From a virus (taxonomy: Duplodnaviria; Caudoviricetes): 52,904 bases of DNA. The translations under genes and the position numbers were made by a program. This document shows, piece by piece, positions 1 to 9,137 of the stretch; the stretch's first letter is position 1; every line of letters begins with the position of its first letter. The stretch covers positions 1 through 52,904 of the IMG/VR virus record IMGVR_UViG_3300014838_000028. One strand, given 5' to 3'. The notes under the pieces are model-generated. The model was given only the letters and a program-made list of their open reading frames with translations. It did not search any database and was not told the DNA's origin.

Positions 1-1
1 C

Positions 2-544
2 GCAACTGGGCCGGCTGGTCCTGCCGGTGCAAAGGGCGATACCGGCTCGGCTGGGACGCCAGGCGCTAACGGTGTTGGCTCACAGGGTCCTGTCGGCGCA
101 ACTGGGCCGGCTGGTCCTGCCGGACCTGCCGGGACGCCGGCCGTGAATAACCGCCTAGTGACTCAGGTCGTTATTAGTGCTCCCGTTTCTATTCGTGGGC
201 ATCAGCCGGCTGAGAATGTCGTCCGAGTTTGTCTGAAGCCTGACAAGTCGGTCGGCGGGTGGGCCGTGTATGGCGCTAATACTGATGGCGCTAAGCATGG
301 CAATTGTCCCTCTGGTTCGACAGCATGGAATCTTTATCGAGCCGGCGTTACATTCACTGCCTCGGTTTCATGCCCGTCAGGGTTTAGTGCTCTCGGTGGC
401 GGCGGCTCGAATTCCGTTACTCGGGGCACTGCACTGCTCGCCGGTAGTTACCCGTCAGCTAACGGGTGGACTGTCCGCTACATCGTTACCGGTGCGGCAA
501 ATGGGTACGTACAAGCCTTTGTAGTTTGTGGGAAACTTGCCTAA
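2..544 (+). CDS. Collagen-like (Gly-X-Y) protein, 5'-truncated, with Cys-containing C-terminal beta domains
   Basis: Frame open from position 2 (ATGPAGPAGAKGDTGSAGTPG...GPVGATGPAGPAGPAGTP) and continuous with track ORF 143..544; 27-bp repeat at 1-27 and 97-123. Confidence 0.8.
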   Translation, partial: ATGPAGPAGAKGDTGSAGTPGANGVGSQGPVGATGPAGPAGPAGTPAVNNRLVTQVVISAPVSIRGHQPAENVVRVCLKPDKSVGGWAVYGANTDGAKHGNCPSGSTAWNLYRAGVTFTASVSCPSGFSALGGGGSNSVTRGTALLAGSYPSANGWTVRYIVTGAANGYVQAFVVCGKLA

Positions 545-827
545 CCAATTTCAACATGACGCTAGCGCTGCCTGGGTCGAGGGGAAACTCGTTTATGACC
601 CAGGCAGCGGTCCGCAGCGGTTTACAATGGAACTTGTGCGACAAAGCCCTTGGATTTATGTCGACGGCCTCGACCTTACCGTGAAGGCAGATAATGGCAC
701 TTGGTATTACCGCATAGTCGGCCTAATCAAATGGCCCTATGTGGCCGTCGACCTTGAAGAGAAATCGGAGGCACATGCTACTACACCTTTGGAAACCCGC
801 CAACAGCTATACGCTCGATTGCGTTAG
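528..827 (+). CDS. Hypothetical protein ending TTPLETRQQLYARLR
   Basis: ORF overlaps the upstream stop; C-terminus is encoded by the 51-bp repeat. Confidence 0.6.
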   Translation: MGNLPNQFQHDASAAWVEGKLVYDPGSGPQRFTMELVRQSPWIYVDGLDLTVKADNGTWYYRIVGLIKWPYVAVDLEEKSEAHATTPLETRQQLYARLR

Positions 828-842
828 CGATGTCGCCTGAAA
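792..842 (+). repeat. 51-bp direct repeat, copy 1
   Basis: GAAACCCGCCAACAGCTATACGCTCGATTGCGTTAGCGATGTCGCCTGAAA, identical to 3697-3747. Confidence 0.95.
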
Positions 843-857
843 AGAGGCACATGCATA

Positions 858-1169
858 ATGGGCTATGACCCTGCAATTTGGAATAAGAATGCATTACTAA
901 AGAGGCCGGCTGCTTGCCAAGGCTCACCGTTTCCGGTTGCCTCACTTACTGCTGATGAGTTAGCAGCCATGGACACAATGAGCAAATTCGCCGGCCAGAT
1001 GCACCGGCTGTGTGGCGATGGTCCGCAGTCCGCAAGTGACTGGCGAGAAGCTGCGGCGCATATCCATGTGTTGCAGACGACAATAATGGCACAGGCGGCG
1101 TCCCGTGCCTACCCCGAACTATTTCGACCGTTGGGAGGTAATGGAGATTGTGGTGATATTCACAGCTAG
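858..1169 (+). CDS. Hypothetical protein
   Basis: 103-aa ORF, GAGG upstream, tight packing. Confidence 0.7.
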   Translation: MGYDPAIWNKNALLKRPAACQGSPFPVASLTADELAAMDTMSKFAGQMHRLCGDGPQSASDWREAAAHIHVLQTTIMAQAASRAYPELFRPLGGNGDCGDIHS

Positions 1170-1644
1170 GCAATTGAAAATCATCCGCTTCTGTGCTATC
1201 GAGTGTAAATTACAGCAATCCGGTGAAGAGTCGGTTGCTAGTATGGTCAATGCCTACACCTGGGCATTGCGGTGCAGTGCATCGAGAATAGAGCCGGCTG
1301 CGAAGCGTGAGCCTACCTATGCGGATTTAGAGATACTCGGTCGTCTGGTCGATTATTCAAAGAACCTTTATGGGTTCCGTACTTGTCGTATCTTCGTCGG
1401 CAGCATAGAAAAGGCACCGCCCACATTAGTACAGCCGCTTCTTAGCGAACTAGTGGGGGAAATTGGCACGCTCGACCCCGACCAGTGGTTTTACCAGTAC
1501 GAAAACATCCATCCGTTTGTTGACGGCAACGGTCGTACTGGAGTCATTCTGTTCAACTGGCTTAGTGGTACTTTAGCCGATCCCCGTTGGCCCTCGAATT
1601 GGTGGGACGATCCTCGCCGCACTAAGGGATATGGGGCAGCATGA
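1141..1644 (+). CDS. Fic/Doc-family protein
   Basis: Motif HPFVDGNGRTG; start uncertain (1105, 1141 or 1153). Confidence 0.9.
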   Translation: MEIVVIFTARQLKIIRFCAIECKLQQSGEESVASMVNAYTWALRCSASRIEPAAKREPTYADLEILGRLVDYSKNLYGFRTCRIFVGSIEKAPPTLVQPLLSELVGEIGTLDPDQWFYQYENIHPFVDGNGRTGVILFNWLSGTLADPRWPSNWWDDPRRTKGYGAA

Positions 1645-1869
1645 AGCCATATACCGACGAGTCGGCCGACCTATATTCCCAGGAGGTTTGATGTTAGAAT
1701 TGCGGTGCGCCTCGGTCCAACAATCGAGCATGCCGTTATTGCAAGGTCGATCGGATGAATGACTTCGCCGGTAGCCTGTATTACAGCGACCTGATGAAGG
1801 CACTCGGTAATTCAATACCTGCCGGTGCCTCGGTTCATTTTACTCAACCCTAACAAAGGAGATACTAAT

Positions 1870-2001
1870 ATGCCTACTGTCACCCTGAAGCTCGGTAAGG
1901 TCAACACTGAATTTGTGAAGTACATTGTCAAGGCGCTCCGTAACAAGGCGCTCAAGGCAGAGCTTCGCAATGCCGTCGCTCAGAACACCGTCGTTTCGTA
2001 A
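1870..2001 (+). CDS. Small basic protein (43 aa, MPTVTLKLGKVN...)
   Basis: Strong SD AAGGAG upstream; below the ORF-track cutoff; abuts the next gene. Confidence 0.7.
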   Translation: MPTVTLKLGKVNTEFVKYIVKALRNKALKAELRNAVAQNTVVS

Positions 2002-2364
2002 TTGATCTTCAAACCGTATGACTCAGTGCTATGGCACACTGCGGACGGTCGCCATTTGCCATTTTGTTGTATGGCGACCGAACACTTGCAAAACTGCGTA
2101 GCATGGATGGTTCGCAATGCTGATCTATTGAGAGTGAAAACTGAGCTAGACATGCTTTCGTGGCCCGACGGAGAGATATTTGACGATGCGGTCGATAATT
2201 TACTTTGGTTTATCGACTCGGTAGTTTGGATAAAGCAAACGCCGGCCTATAGTTCTGTGACTCTTGAGTTACGGCGGCGTGGTCTGAGAGAGAATATGCG
2301 AGCCGCTATCCGGCGTGCTCGTCAGCAACATAAATGGTCTGCCTTGAAAGGAGTGCTTTCGTGA
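2002..2364 (+). CDS. Hypothetical protein
   Basis: 120-aa ORF; W...DG...M.TEHL.NC pattern typical of phage hypotheticals. Confidence 0.7.
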   Translation: MIFKPYDSVLWHTADGRHLPFCCMATEHLQNCVAWMVRNADLLRVKTELDMLSWPDGEIFDDAVDNLLWFIDSVVWIKQTPAYSSVTLELRRRGLRENMRAAIRRARQQHKWSALKGVLS

Positions 2365-2585
2365 TTGTTATATTTGACGTTGAGGGTTCAAATCGGAATG
2401 ACTTGGTCGCGGCTGCGATAAAGCGGCTCGACGGTTTCGTTAGCTTACCGTGCAACGGCTACGGTTTTTCAAGCCGGCGCAGCTTTGTCGACGCCGGCAT
2501 TACGGCTACGGAAGCTCGGGACTCCGGCATCAGACGAGTAGTTATTCCCGGGGAGTGGGTTGGGCATGTGAGTGTGGAGGTATGA
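2361..2585 (+). CDS. Hypothetical protein
   Basis: SD AAGGAG, GTGA overlap with the upstream stop. Confidence 0.6.
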   Translation: MIVIFDVEGSNRNDLVAAAIKRLDGFVSLPCNGYGFSSRRSFVDAGITATEARDSGIRRVVIPGEWVGHVSVEV

Positions 2586-2866
2586 TAGCTAAGAAGCTAG
2601 ACCGCATGCGGCAATTGCAATGGTCCGTGTTTGCTTACTCGTGCATCGAGGCGATGGCTGGCACTAAGCAGGAATTCACCGCCGACAGCATTACGTTTAT
2701 GTGCGGCTACCCGGATAAAAACCATTCTCCGAATAGCGTGAATGGGTTGATCGGTGGCATGTTTGCAAAGGCCAGTCGTGCCGGGATTATAGAGAGATGC
2801 GGGTATGCTATATCCGCATCGCCTACTCGAAAGGGTGGGCGCCTACAGGTGTGGAAAGGGGTTTGA
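2582..2866 (+). CDS. Hypothetical protein, possible winged-helix
   Basis: SD GGAGG, ATGA overlap; FTAD...GGMF..A.RAGIIE..G...S....GG...VW pattern. Confidence 0.7.
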   Translation: MIAKKLDRMRQLQWSVFAYSCIEAMAGTKQEFTADSITFMCGYPDKNHSPNSVNGLIGGMFAKASRAGIIERCGYAISASPTRKGGRLQVWKGV

Positions 2867-2957
2867 TGCTACGTCGTTTCCTTATTGCCCTGGTCCTCTT
2901 ATTTGTGATCCGGGTATTCCTTGTAATGTTCGATCCGTATTACCGGTGCGGTGTCTG

Positions 2958-3263
2958 ATGCGCAATTGGTTTTGGTTCCATACACTGCCCAAGGTCCGAT
3001 ATACCTCGGTGTCGTCTACCTGCTTAGTGGCAGAATACCCTTGGTGGACAGCGGCCGGCAACATATCCGATTTGCCGTGGCCGGCGGCGCATTTATGGGG
3101 CAATGCTAACGAGAGACTCGTTTTCCGTAGCCGTGTCAATGGCAAATGGATTGCATTCTTAGTGACTAACTATGAGTTTAGTCATCAGGAGTTTGGCCCG
3201 CAAAATGTTTGGGGCGCCGAGGAATTGACGCATTGGAGGGAACGGAATTGGATTACCCTATAA
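2958..3263 (+). CDS. Hypothetical protein
   Basis: ORF track; start chosen at the internal ATG. Confidence 0.5.
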   Translation: MRNWFWFHTLPKVRYTSVSSTCLVAEYPWWTAAGNISDLPWPAAHLWGNANERLVFRSRVNGKWIAFLVTNYEFSHQEFGPQNVWGAEELTHWRERNWITL

Positions 3264-3439
3264 TACTTCCGCCGCCCGGTGAGGGCGACGGTATCGTTTA
3301 TCGCAACCGGCCGGCTCGTGTTCATAATCCGACTTACATCGTGCATTGTTGCCAGGACTGGCCCGTTAGTCCGTTCTGGCCGAACGGTAGGTGTGGTATT
3401 TGTGGGGAGATTCCCGAATGTCTATCGCCCAATTCTTAG
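3248..3439 (+). CDS. Small Cys-rich protein
   Basis: SD GGAGG; HCC...CGICG motif. Confidence 0.55.
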   Translation: MDYPIILPPPGEGDGIVYRNRPARVHNPTYIVHCCQDWPVSPFWPNGRCGICGEIPECLSPNS

Positions 3440-3732
3440 CAGACATTGCTATCACTCGGGAGATTCTTCCGGGCGAAGTGCCGGTGCTCGTGTCCGTGAA
3501 GCATAAGGGTGGTAAATGGTCCGATCCTAAGCTCGAAATGATGCGAAAGGATTGCGCTATAACTCGCATGTTCGGACTGTGTTCTGACTCAGGTGTTTAT
3601 GAGCCTTCCCGTGATATTGCGGTTGACTCGGTTGGGTTTAGTTGCCGAGGTACTAAGTTCCGTTATACGTTGCCGGTCGGCGAAACTACGCCTCTTGAAA
3701 CCCGCCAACAGCTATACGCTCGATTGCGTTAG
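3418..3732 (+). CDS. Hypothetical protein ending TTPLETRQQLYARLR
   Basis: SD GGAG; shares its last 15 aa with 528..827. Confidence 0.6.
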   Translation: MSIAQFLADIAITREILPGEVPVLVSVKHKGGKWSDPKLEMMRKDCAITRMFGLCSDSGVYEPSRDIAVDSVGFSCRGTKFRYTLPVGETTPLETRQQLYARLR

Positions 3733-3747
3733 CGATGTCGCCTGAAA
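3697..3747 (+). repeat. 51-bp direct repeat, copy 2
   Basis: Identical to 792-842. Confidence 0.95.
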
Positions 3748-3899
3748 TGGAGCAGCAAGTAATTGCTGCGCTCGAAGAGATTGCGACCGGCACAATCGGT
3801 GTCGGCCGCAACCCTAAGTCCTGCTGTACGTCGGAACCTATCGACCCCTGGCAGGACTACTTCAACAGCCCATATAGCTTACATACTTGCTCGCCCTAA
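3735..3899 (+). CDS. Small hypothetical protein (54 aa, MSPEMEQQVIAALEEIA...)
   Basis: Starts inside repeat copy 2 and fills the gap before the helicase. Confidence 0.5.
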   Translation: MSPEMEQQVIAALEEIATGTIGVGRNPKSCCTSEPIDPWQDYFNSPYSLHTCSP

Positions 3900-3909
3900 G
3901 AACAGGAGG

Positions 3910-5118
3910 ATGCCGTTGTCTCTATCGGTTGAGGAACTTGTCTCCAGTTATATCGCTGGAGAAATAGAACTGGATGAATTGGATGAATCGGAATCGGCGC
4001 TGCTTTTTGCATCGTGGGAAGCTGATGTCCGTGAAGGTTACACGGACAGTCGACTAAAGGCGTCACCTGCTCGCATATTCCGATATCCGCCTAAGTGGCT
4101 TGTGCATGGGCTAATCCCGGCTGAAGGCATCGGCCAGATATACGGTGCCTCGGGATCGGGCAAGACGTACTTAGCGCTAGATTTAGCGCTGTCCGTTGCA
4201 AATGTCGACACCACTAAATGGTTCGGGCGCAATATCCGCCGGCATGGTCAAGTCATCTACATTGCCCTAGAAGGCACATGGAACTTGCAGAACAGAATAC
4301 AAGCCTGGATGCAAGCAAATAATGGGAGTGATAGCCGGCTGTTCACATTTGAAGAGGAATCGCTCGACCTTACAAACAGCGATAGCTGTTTGGAGTTGTT
4401 GAAGGATATCCGGTCAGCCGACTTTCTGTATCGTCCGATTAGACCGGTGCTGATTGTTGTCGACACTCAGCGCCTCGCAATGTCCGGCGATGAGAACACA
4501 GAGCAGGCGACTGCCTTAGCTCGTAATGTGATTACTATTGCTCGGGAGTTATCGTGCTGCGTCGTTATGGTCCACCATGAAGGATATGATGACACGCACG
4601 CCCGAGGAAGTACCGTTGTCAAAGACGCCATCTCATTTCAATTCCACTTGAAGAAGGACAAAAAGAAACAGGGTGTGAATGGAGACTTATTTTTGGAAAA
4701 AAATAAGTATGGCATCACGCCTCCCCTTGATGAGCCGATCGCAGCTTATCAGGTCAATTACATTCCGCTGAAGCCGTGGAACCAATTAGCGCATAACTTC
4801 GATGACGAGTTTGTCAAGGATGAGTATGGCGACGACATAATGGACGGCTATTGCACCGAAGTCGCTGTCCGCACTAAGGTACAAAAGGTTGCTGAGGTAA
4901 TCCGCACCGAGCCTAAGGACATCGACATTGTTCGTGAGCTAATCGAGTCACTGGATAATGATATGGCATCAACCGGGATGATCCGTAAAGTGCTTGGTGG
5001 TAATAGTCCTCAGTCGAAGGTGAAGTTTGACAAACTGGTAAAGGACGGGCTGCTGACAGAACGCACTCGGCAAGGCACCACTATATTCTGGTCGATAAAG
5101 GAGACAGAGGATGAGTAA
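3910..5118 (+). CDS. RepA/AAA_25-type replicative helicase
   Basis: KWLVHGLIP, Walker A GASGSGKT, YIALEG, Walker B LIVVDT, GDEN, MVHH, ARGS; SD AGGAGG at ~3904. Confidence 0.9.
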   Translation: MPLSLSVEELVSSYIAGEIELDELDESESALLFASWEADVREGYTDSRLKASPARIFRYPPKWLVHGLIPAEGIGQIYGASGSGKTYLALDLALSVANVDTTKWFGRNIRRHGQVIYIALEGTWNLQNRIQAWMQANNGSDSRLFTFEEESLDLTNSDSCLELLKDIRSADFLYRPIRPVLIVVDTQRLAMSGDENTEQATALARNVITIARELSCCVVMVHHEGYDDTHARGSTVVKDAISFQFHLKKDKKKQGVNGDLFLEKNKYGITPPLDEPIAAYQVNYIPLKPWNQLAHNFDDEFVKDEYGDDIMDGYCTEVAVRTKVQKVAEVIRTEPKDIDIVRELIESLDNDMASTGMIRKVLGGNSPQSKVKFDKLVKDGLLTERTRQGTTIFWSIKETEDE

Positions 5119-5375
5119 TTATGAGGATGTCTTAGTGGCCGCTTTTCGTGAATATGAAGAGACAAAGGATAAGAACAAAGAGGACCGTCTTTGTGGCTTA
5201 TGCAAAGGCTCGGGCTGAGCAGTACAGAGCCAACAATGCCGCCTATAGGAAGTACATGGATATCATCCGTGAAGCGGTCCGGTCCGATGTCGAGCGGCCT
5301 AAGGGTCCGACGAACGGTTATGGGTCGATTGACCTTCTCCGGTCCGGTCCGAGTGCTAGTCCTAATAGCGCCGTT

Positions 5376-5710
5376 CGGAGTGATAAGACTGATAGATAGC
5401 AGAGTCCCCCTGAAAAGACAGGGGGGGACTCTCTATCAATCATTCTATCGCTCACTCACTCCGGTAAAAACCGGCGCTTTATATAGGGACCCCTGAACTA
5501 TCGTCGGAGTGACTGATAAGGGAGTGATAACGCACTTTGTCCGATCCGGTGCATTTAGCAAGTGTGCTAAATAGGTAGGGTGTTTTGGAAACAGGGCACC
5601 TGACCTGCGTATTTAGCAAGTGTGTTAGATAGAGTGCCATCCGTAGGGTCTTTGTACCCTAAAAGCGTTGCTGCAACGTTTTTAGTGGCTTGACCTGCGG
5701 TTATGCAAAA
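5376..5710. promoter_or_regulatory. Putative replication origin or control region
   Basis: ~90-bp imperfect inverted repeat (5376-5463), GGAGTGA/TGATAA repeats, palindrome ATTTAGCA-agtg-TGCTAAAT (5553-5572) with a second copy at 5611-5630, TGACCTGCG at 5601 and 5691; lies downstream of the helicase. Confidence 0.5.
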
Positions 5711-5750
5711 GTAAACCTACTCACGGTACTGTATATAAAGGGAGAAGCGG

Positions 5751-6248
5751 TTGGCGGCGGGCCGCCTGAGCATGGAGGTTTTCATGATGAGAGATGATGG
5801 CGTGATCCTAGCTAGCTTGCATCATCGAGCCTATGGACACGATTACAAGGGACTAGATCAACTAGGAAGAGGCGAAGATTGCCAAACGTGTGAGATACTC
5901 TTTCCCTGCTCATTCCATACTGAGAGTATGAGATATTTCCGAAGAAAGCTTTGGAACTTGAGTCAGGGACTTTGCAGCTTCAAAGGTGAAAACCTTTTAG
6001 TGCCCTATTCAGAAATAGAGCATGACGGAACGTGTCGGCATTTTGGACGTCGAGGTTCTAGGATAGGCGCTGGCAACCGCATTTATTGTGTCTATTGCAT
6101 TCGAGGGCTAGTATGTGGTGCGTGTAATCGGTTGATAGCCTATTCTGAGCAATCCGTCAATGCTGGATTGACTATCGCCACGCCTTTTTTAGAAGCGTAC
6201 CTGAAAGAACGTCCTGCTTTAGACCGAGAAACTAACTGGTGGAAATAA
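5751..6248 (+). CDS. Endonuclease VII-like protein
   Basis: IEHD...CIRGLVCGACNRLI motif; start may be 5772 or 5784. Confidence 0.75.
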   Translation: MAAGRLSMEVFMMRDDGVILASLHHRAYGHDYKGLDQLGRGEDCQTCEILFPCSFHTESMRYFRRKLWNLSQGLCSFKGENLLVPYSEIEHDGTCRHFGRRGSRIGAGNRIYCVYCIRGLVCGACNRLIAYSEQSVNAGLTIATPFLEAYLKERPALDRETNWWK

Positions 6249-6502
6249 TGGGAAGACCTACAGGCTATAAGCCATCCGTCGAGACACGAGAGCGTGCATC
6301 AAAAGCGCTGCGAGGCAGACCAAAGACAGATGAGCATAAGGCGAGCATTGCAAACGCTCGACTGCTGGCGGTGTACGGTGAGAAGCCGTCGCCTAATGCG
6401 GTCGGGTGTTTTTTGCGTGGGCAGACGATGAACCTCGATCGGTTCAATAAGCTCACACGAAACCAAATGGCATGGATCATTTGGTGGGAATATCCGGTAT
6501 GA
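6248..6502 (+). CDS. NUMOD3-motif DNA-binding protein (homing endonuclease remnant)
   Basis: GYKPSVETRERASKALRGRPKTDEHKASIA; TAATG coupling. Confidence 0.7.
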   Translation: MGRPTGYKPSVETRERASKALRGRPKTDEHKASIANARLLAVYGEKPSPNAVGCFLRGQTMNLDRFNKLTRNQMAWIIWWEYPV

Positions 6503-6798
6503 TCGAGTGCGGAGAATGTGGCAAGGAGTTTGATCCGATAGCAAGCCGATGGCTCTGTCCGTTTTGCGGTCACAAAGAATCCTGTTGCGAAGGAGAAGCT
6601 TCCGATATGAAGTATCAGAATGAACTTATAGCAGCCCTAACAGAATGTGGACGAGAGAAAGACATTCCTTACTTCACTGGCAAGGAGTATGGTACTTCAG
6701 GGCATTCCATTCCAGAGCCATTTGAGATTACTTATTCTGATGGCATTACAGCAACTCATTTTGCTGGGAGAGTAGAGAAATTGCAATGGAAAACCTAG
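6499..6798 (+). CDS. Zinc-ribbon protein
   Basis: CGECG...CPFCG...SCC; ATGA overlap. Confidence 0.6.
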   Translation: MIECGECGKEFDPIASRWLCPFCGHKESCCEGEASDMKYQNELIAALTECGREKDIPYFTGKEYGTSGHSIPEPFEITYSDGITATHFAGRVEKLQWKT

Positions 6799-7034
6799 AT
6801 GAGCTTCCTATTTGCACACGGTGTGGGCATGCGGCAAGTGAGCATCACTGGTCAATCTTTCCGGGCGGTGCAACGCTTATAGAAGAGTGTGACCACTGGG
6901 ATGTAATAGATTGTCAGTGTCCCGGATATCGTAGGCCACTTCCGCCGATAGCTTTGAAAGATGATGGTAGCCGAGGGCATTTGAGAACACGGGCTGTTGA
7001 AAGTATTCCCGGTCTATGGTGGGAGATGCCATGA
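6786..7034 (+). CDS. Small Cys/His-rich protein
   Basis: CTRCGH...H...C...CQC..Y. Confidence 0.6.
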   Translation: MENLDELPICTRCGHAASEHHWSIFPGGATLIEECDHWDVIDCQCPGYRRPLPPIALKDDGSRGHLRTRAVESIPGLWWEMP

Positions 7035-7169
7035 GGTCGAAACGATATTTATGGCTGCGGTTCCGTGTGGGCTTGCAATGTCGAGCTATATGCAATGTCG
7101 AGCATGGCTGCGGCGTTACTAGCGTGTTTTTATGCCATCGGTTCCGTTGGCATTGGGGCAGATGCCGAA

Positions 7170-7517
7170 ATGGCTAAAAGGGCATGCTTACAGTGTGGCG
7201 CCGCCTTTAGTGGTGAGGGATCGTATTGCAGTCGACATCGTCGGGTCCGTAATGCTGATCCGGCAGGGCGTGGTTATGGATCGGTATGGAAACGGAAGAG
7301 CAGGGCTATCCGCACGGCATGGGTAAATGCAAACGGTTTGGTATGTCCCGGCACAAAATGGTGTGTTATTCCAAATGTGGCTCATCATTGCTTAGACCTA
7401 ACGGTCGACCATGACCGAGGCGAAGTAATGTGCCGATCCGCTAACAGTCGAAAAGGTGCCGGCGAGGATCGCTGGTCCGATAAGCCTAAAGGAGGTAACC
7501 GTGTTGTCCGGTTCTAA
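7170..7517 (+). CDS. HNH endonuclease (packaging-associated type)
   Basis: CLQCG..YCSRH..RGYG..W..CPG..LTVDH..MCRSANSRKG. Confidence 0.85.
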   Translation: MAKRACLQCGAAFSGEGSYCSRHRRVRNADPAGRGYGSVWKRKSRAIRTAWVNANGLVCPGTKWCVIPNVAHHCLDLTVDHDRGEVMCRSANSRKGAGEDRWSDKPKGGNRVVRF

Positions 7518-8429
7518 AGTCTCGTGTGGGCATTCTAGTGAATAGCGGTGAGGAGATATTGGAATGGCTGTCCATGATAAACAAATGGGAACAGCAGCGG
7601 CTAATAACTTTTTGGGAGAGTTGGGAGCTATGCAGATATCCGACTCACCGAGCCTTTCTAAATCGTGCGGCTTATCTACGTATGAACGGGACCCGGAGAA
7701 TTGTCTAAGCGTTGCCGTTGTCCGTTGCCGAATTGGCTGAACAGTTGGGTATGCGATGCATGTGACCTTGGTTGCGAAGATGCGTCTTGTGAGTGCTTCA
7801 TTATCCTAGCTGCTATAAGGGATTTTCGTAAGGGTCATCCAGAACACAAGCAAATATAAGGAGAATTTCAATGGTCACATCTGATACAGAGGCGAGATGG
7901 GAAATGCACGATGTGAGGATCAAACAGATACAAACTCTAATGGCTGCTGGCGTGCCGGCTAGATTTTATGAAGAGTCCGATCCTGAACTAGCTAAACTAT
8001 TGGGCGATCTTGTTTCAGCCGTCGAGTTTTTGCTATGAATGCGGTCAGAGTTGAGTGTCCGAAGTGTCACAAAGGCATAAGCACCTCGCTTACTATCCTT
8101 GGTGCAGAGTGTCTGAAGTGTGGCGTTTTACTGGTCGACGTTGATGGCAAGCGATGCAAAAAGGCGATCTTGTGAGATGCGCCGGCTTGTTCGTGTCATG
8201 TGGCAAGGCATCGAGAATCTAGGGACGGCGAATCTCTATTATGAGTGAACGTCGATATAGACTGAGAATGTGGCTCTATAACCGAGGTCTTGTGAACTTT
8301 GATCGAGAATGGTATTGCTGGGAAACGAGTTATCCGATTATGAAGCCTTTCACATGGTGGTTCAACCGATGAACCGGCTCGGCCGTTGGCTCGTTCGTGT
8401 CTTGTTGCGAATTTTGAACGGAGTCGATT

Positions 8430-8666
8430 ATGAGTGAACGGGAGAAATACTTCGCCACACTATTAGGTGTCGATCCGTTGACTCGCCGCACGCATACTTT
8501 CAAGGCTGCACGCTGGCGCCGTTATTGGCTCGTCAGTGTGCGGCCGTTTTTGCGTTGGGGTAGACAGAGCTTAGGTGCGGTGATGTGTTATTGGCCACGA
8601 CCTAATAAATGGCGCCATCGTAAAGAGTACGGCGGTCAATCGTGGGACAAGTGGCCACCGGATTAG
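8430..8666 (+). CDS. Hypothetical protein
   Basis: SD GGAG, 78-aa ORF in a run of small genes. Confidence 0.5.
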   Translation: MSEREKYFATLLGVDPLTRRTHTFKAARWRRYWLVSVRPFLRWGRQSLGAVMCYWPRPNKWRHRKEYGGQSWDKWPPD

Positions 8667-9028
8667 AAATGAGGCGCCGGCATGATCGGTCTAGTTGCGT
8701 TGATATGGGCCGCAGTAGTCATAAGCGGTCTTGTGAGGTCAATCGGTGGGCGACCGTTGCAGCTATAGCGGGCATGCCGGCATATGACGGTACACGAGGC
8801 TACAGACGGCACAGATGAGCAGTGGAGATGCCGGCGGCTTGTATAAGGCACTTGTAGGGCCTTTCTAGCCTGGTCGGCATGCCTAGCATGCTAGTCATAG
8901 CCTCCCTAGGTCAATCGACAGCAGAAGGGCCTACAGGGGCCTGTTTTTGAAGGTGTGCTAGTGGCTGCGATGGGTCGATGGCCTAGCCTTACTAGACCGA
9001 TGATCCTAGGCCACTAGCACGAAATGAT

Positions 9029-9137
9029 GAGCAGATACAACGCTAGTTGCCAGGTCACACCTAAACTATCGAGCAAATATAACGGTTTCTAGGCAGTGCC
9101 TAGCAAGGAGACATGAAATTCTCGAGCAAATACAACG
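9029..9137 (+). repeat. Three helically phased 14-bp direct repeats GAGCARATAYAACG
   Basis: Copies at 9029, 9071 and 9124. Confidence 0.8.

Noticed and set aside
792-842. Integron attC site or DGR template/variable repeat
   Set aside because: The hairpin is only ~32 nt and no integrase is present; the copies are identical with no A-specific changes, and there is no reverse transcriptase
1750-1840. Hammerhead ribozyme suggested by CTGATGA followed by the AGGCAC/GTGCCT stem
   Set aside because: The required GAAA after stem II is absent; it reads as ordinary hairpins in a 5' leader
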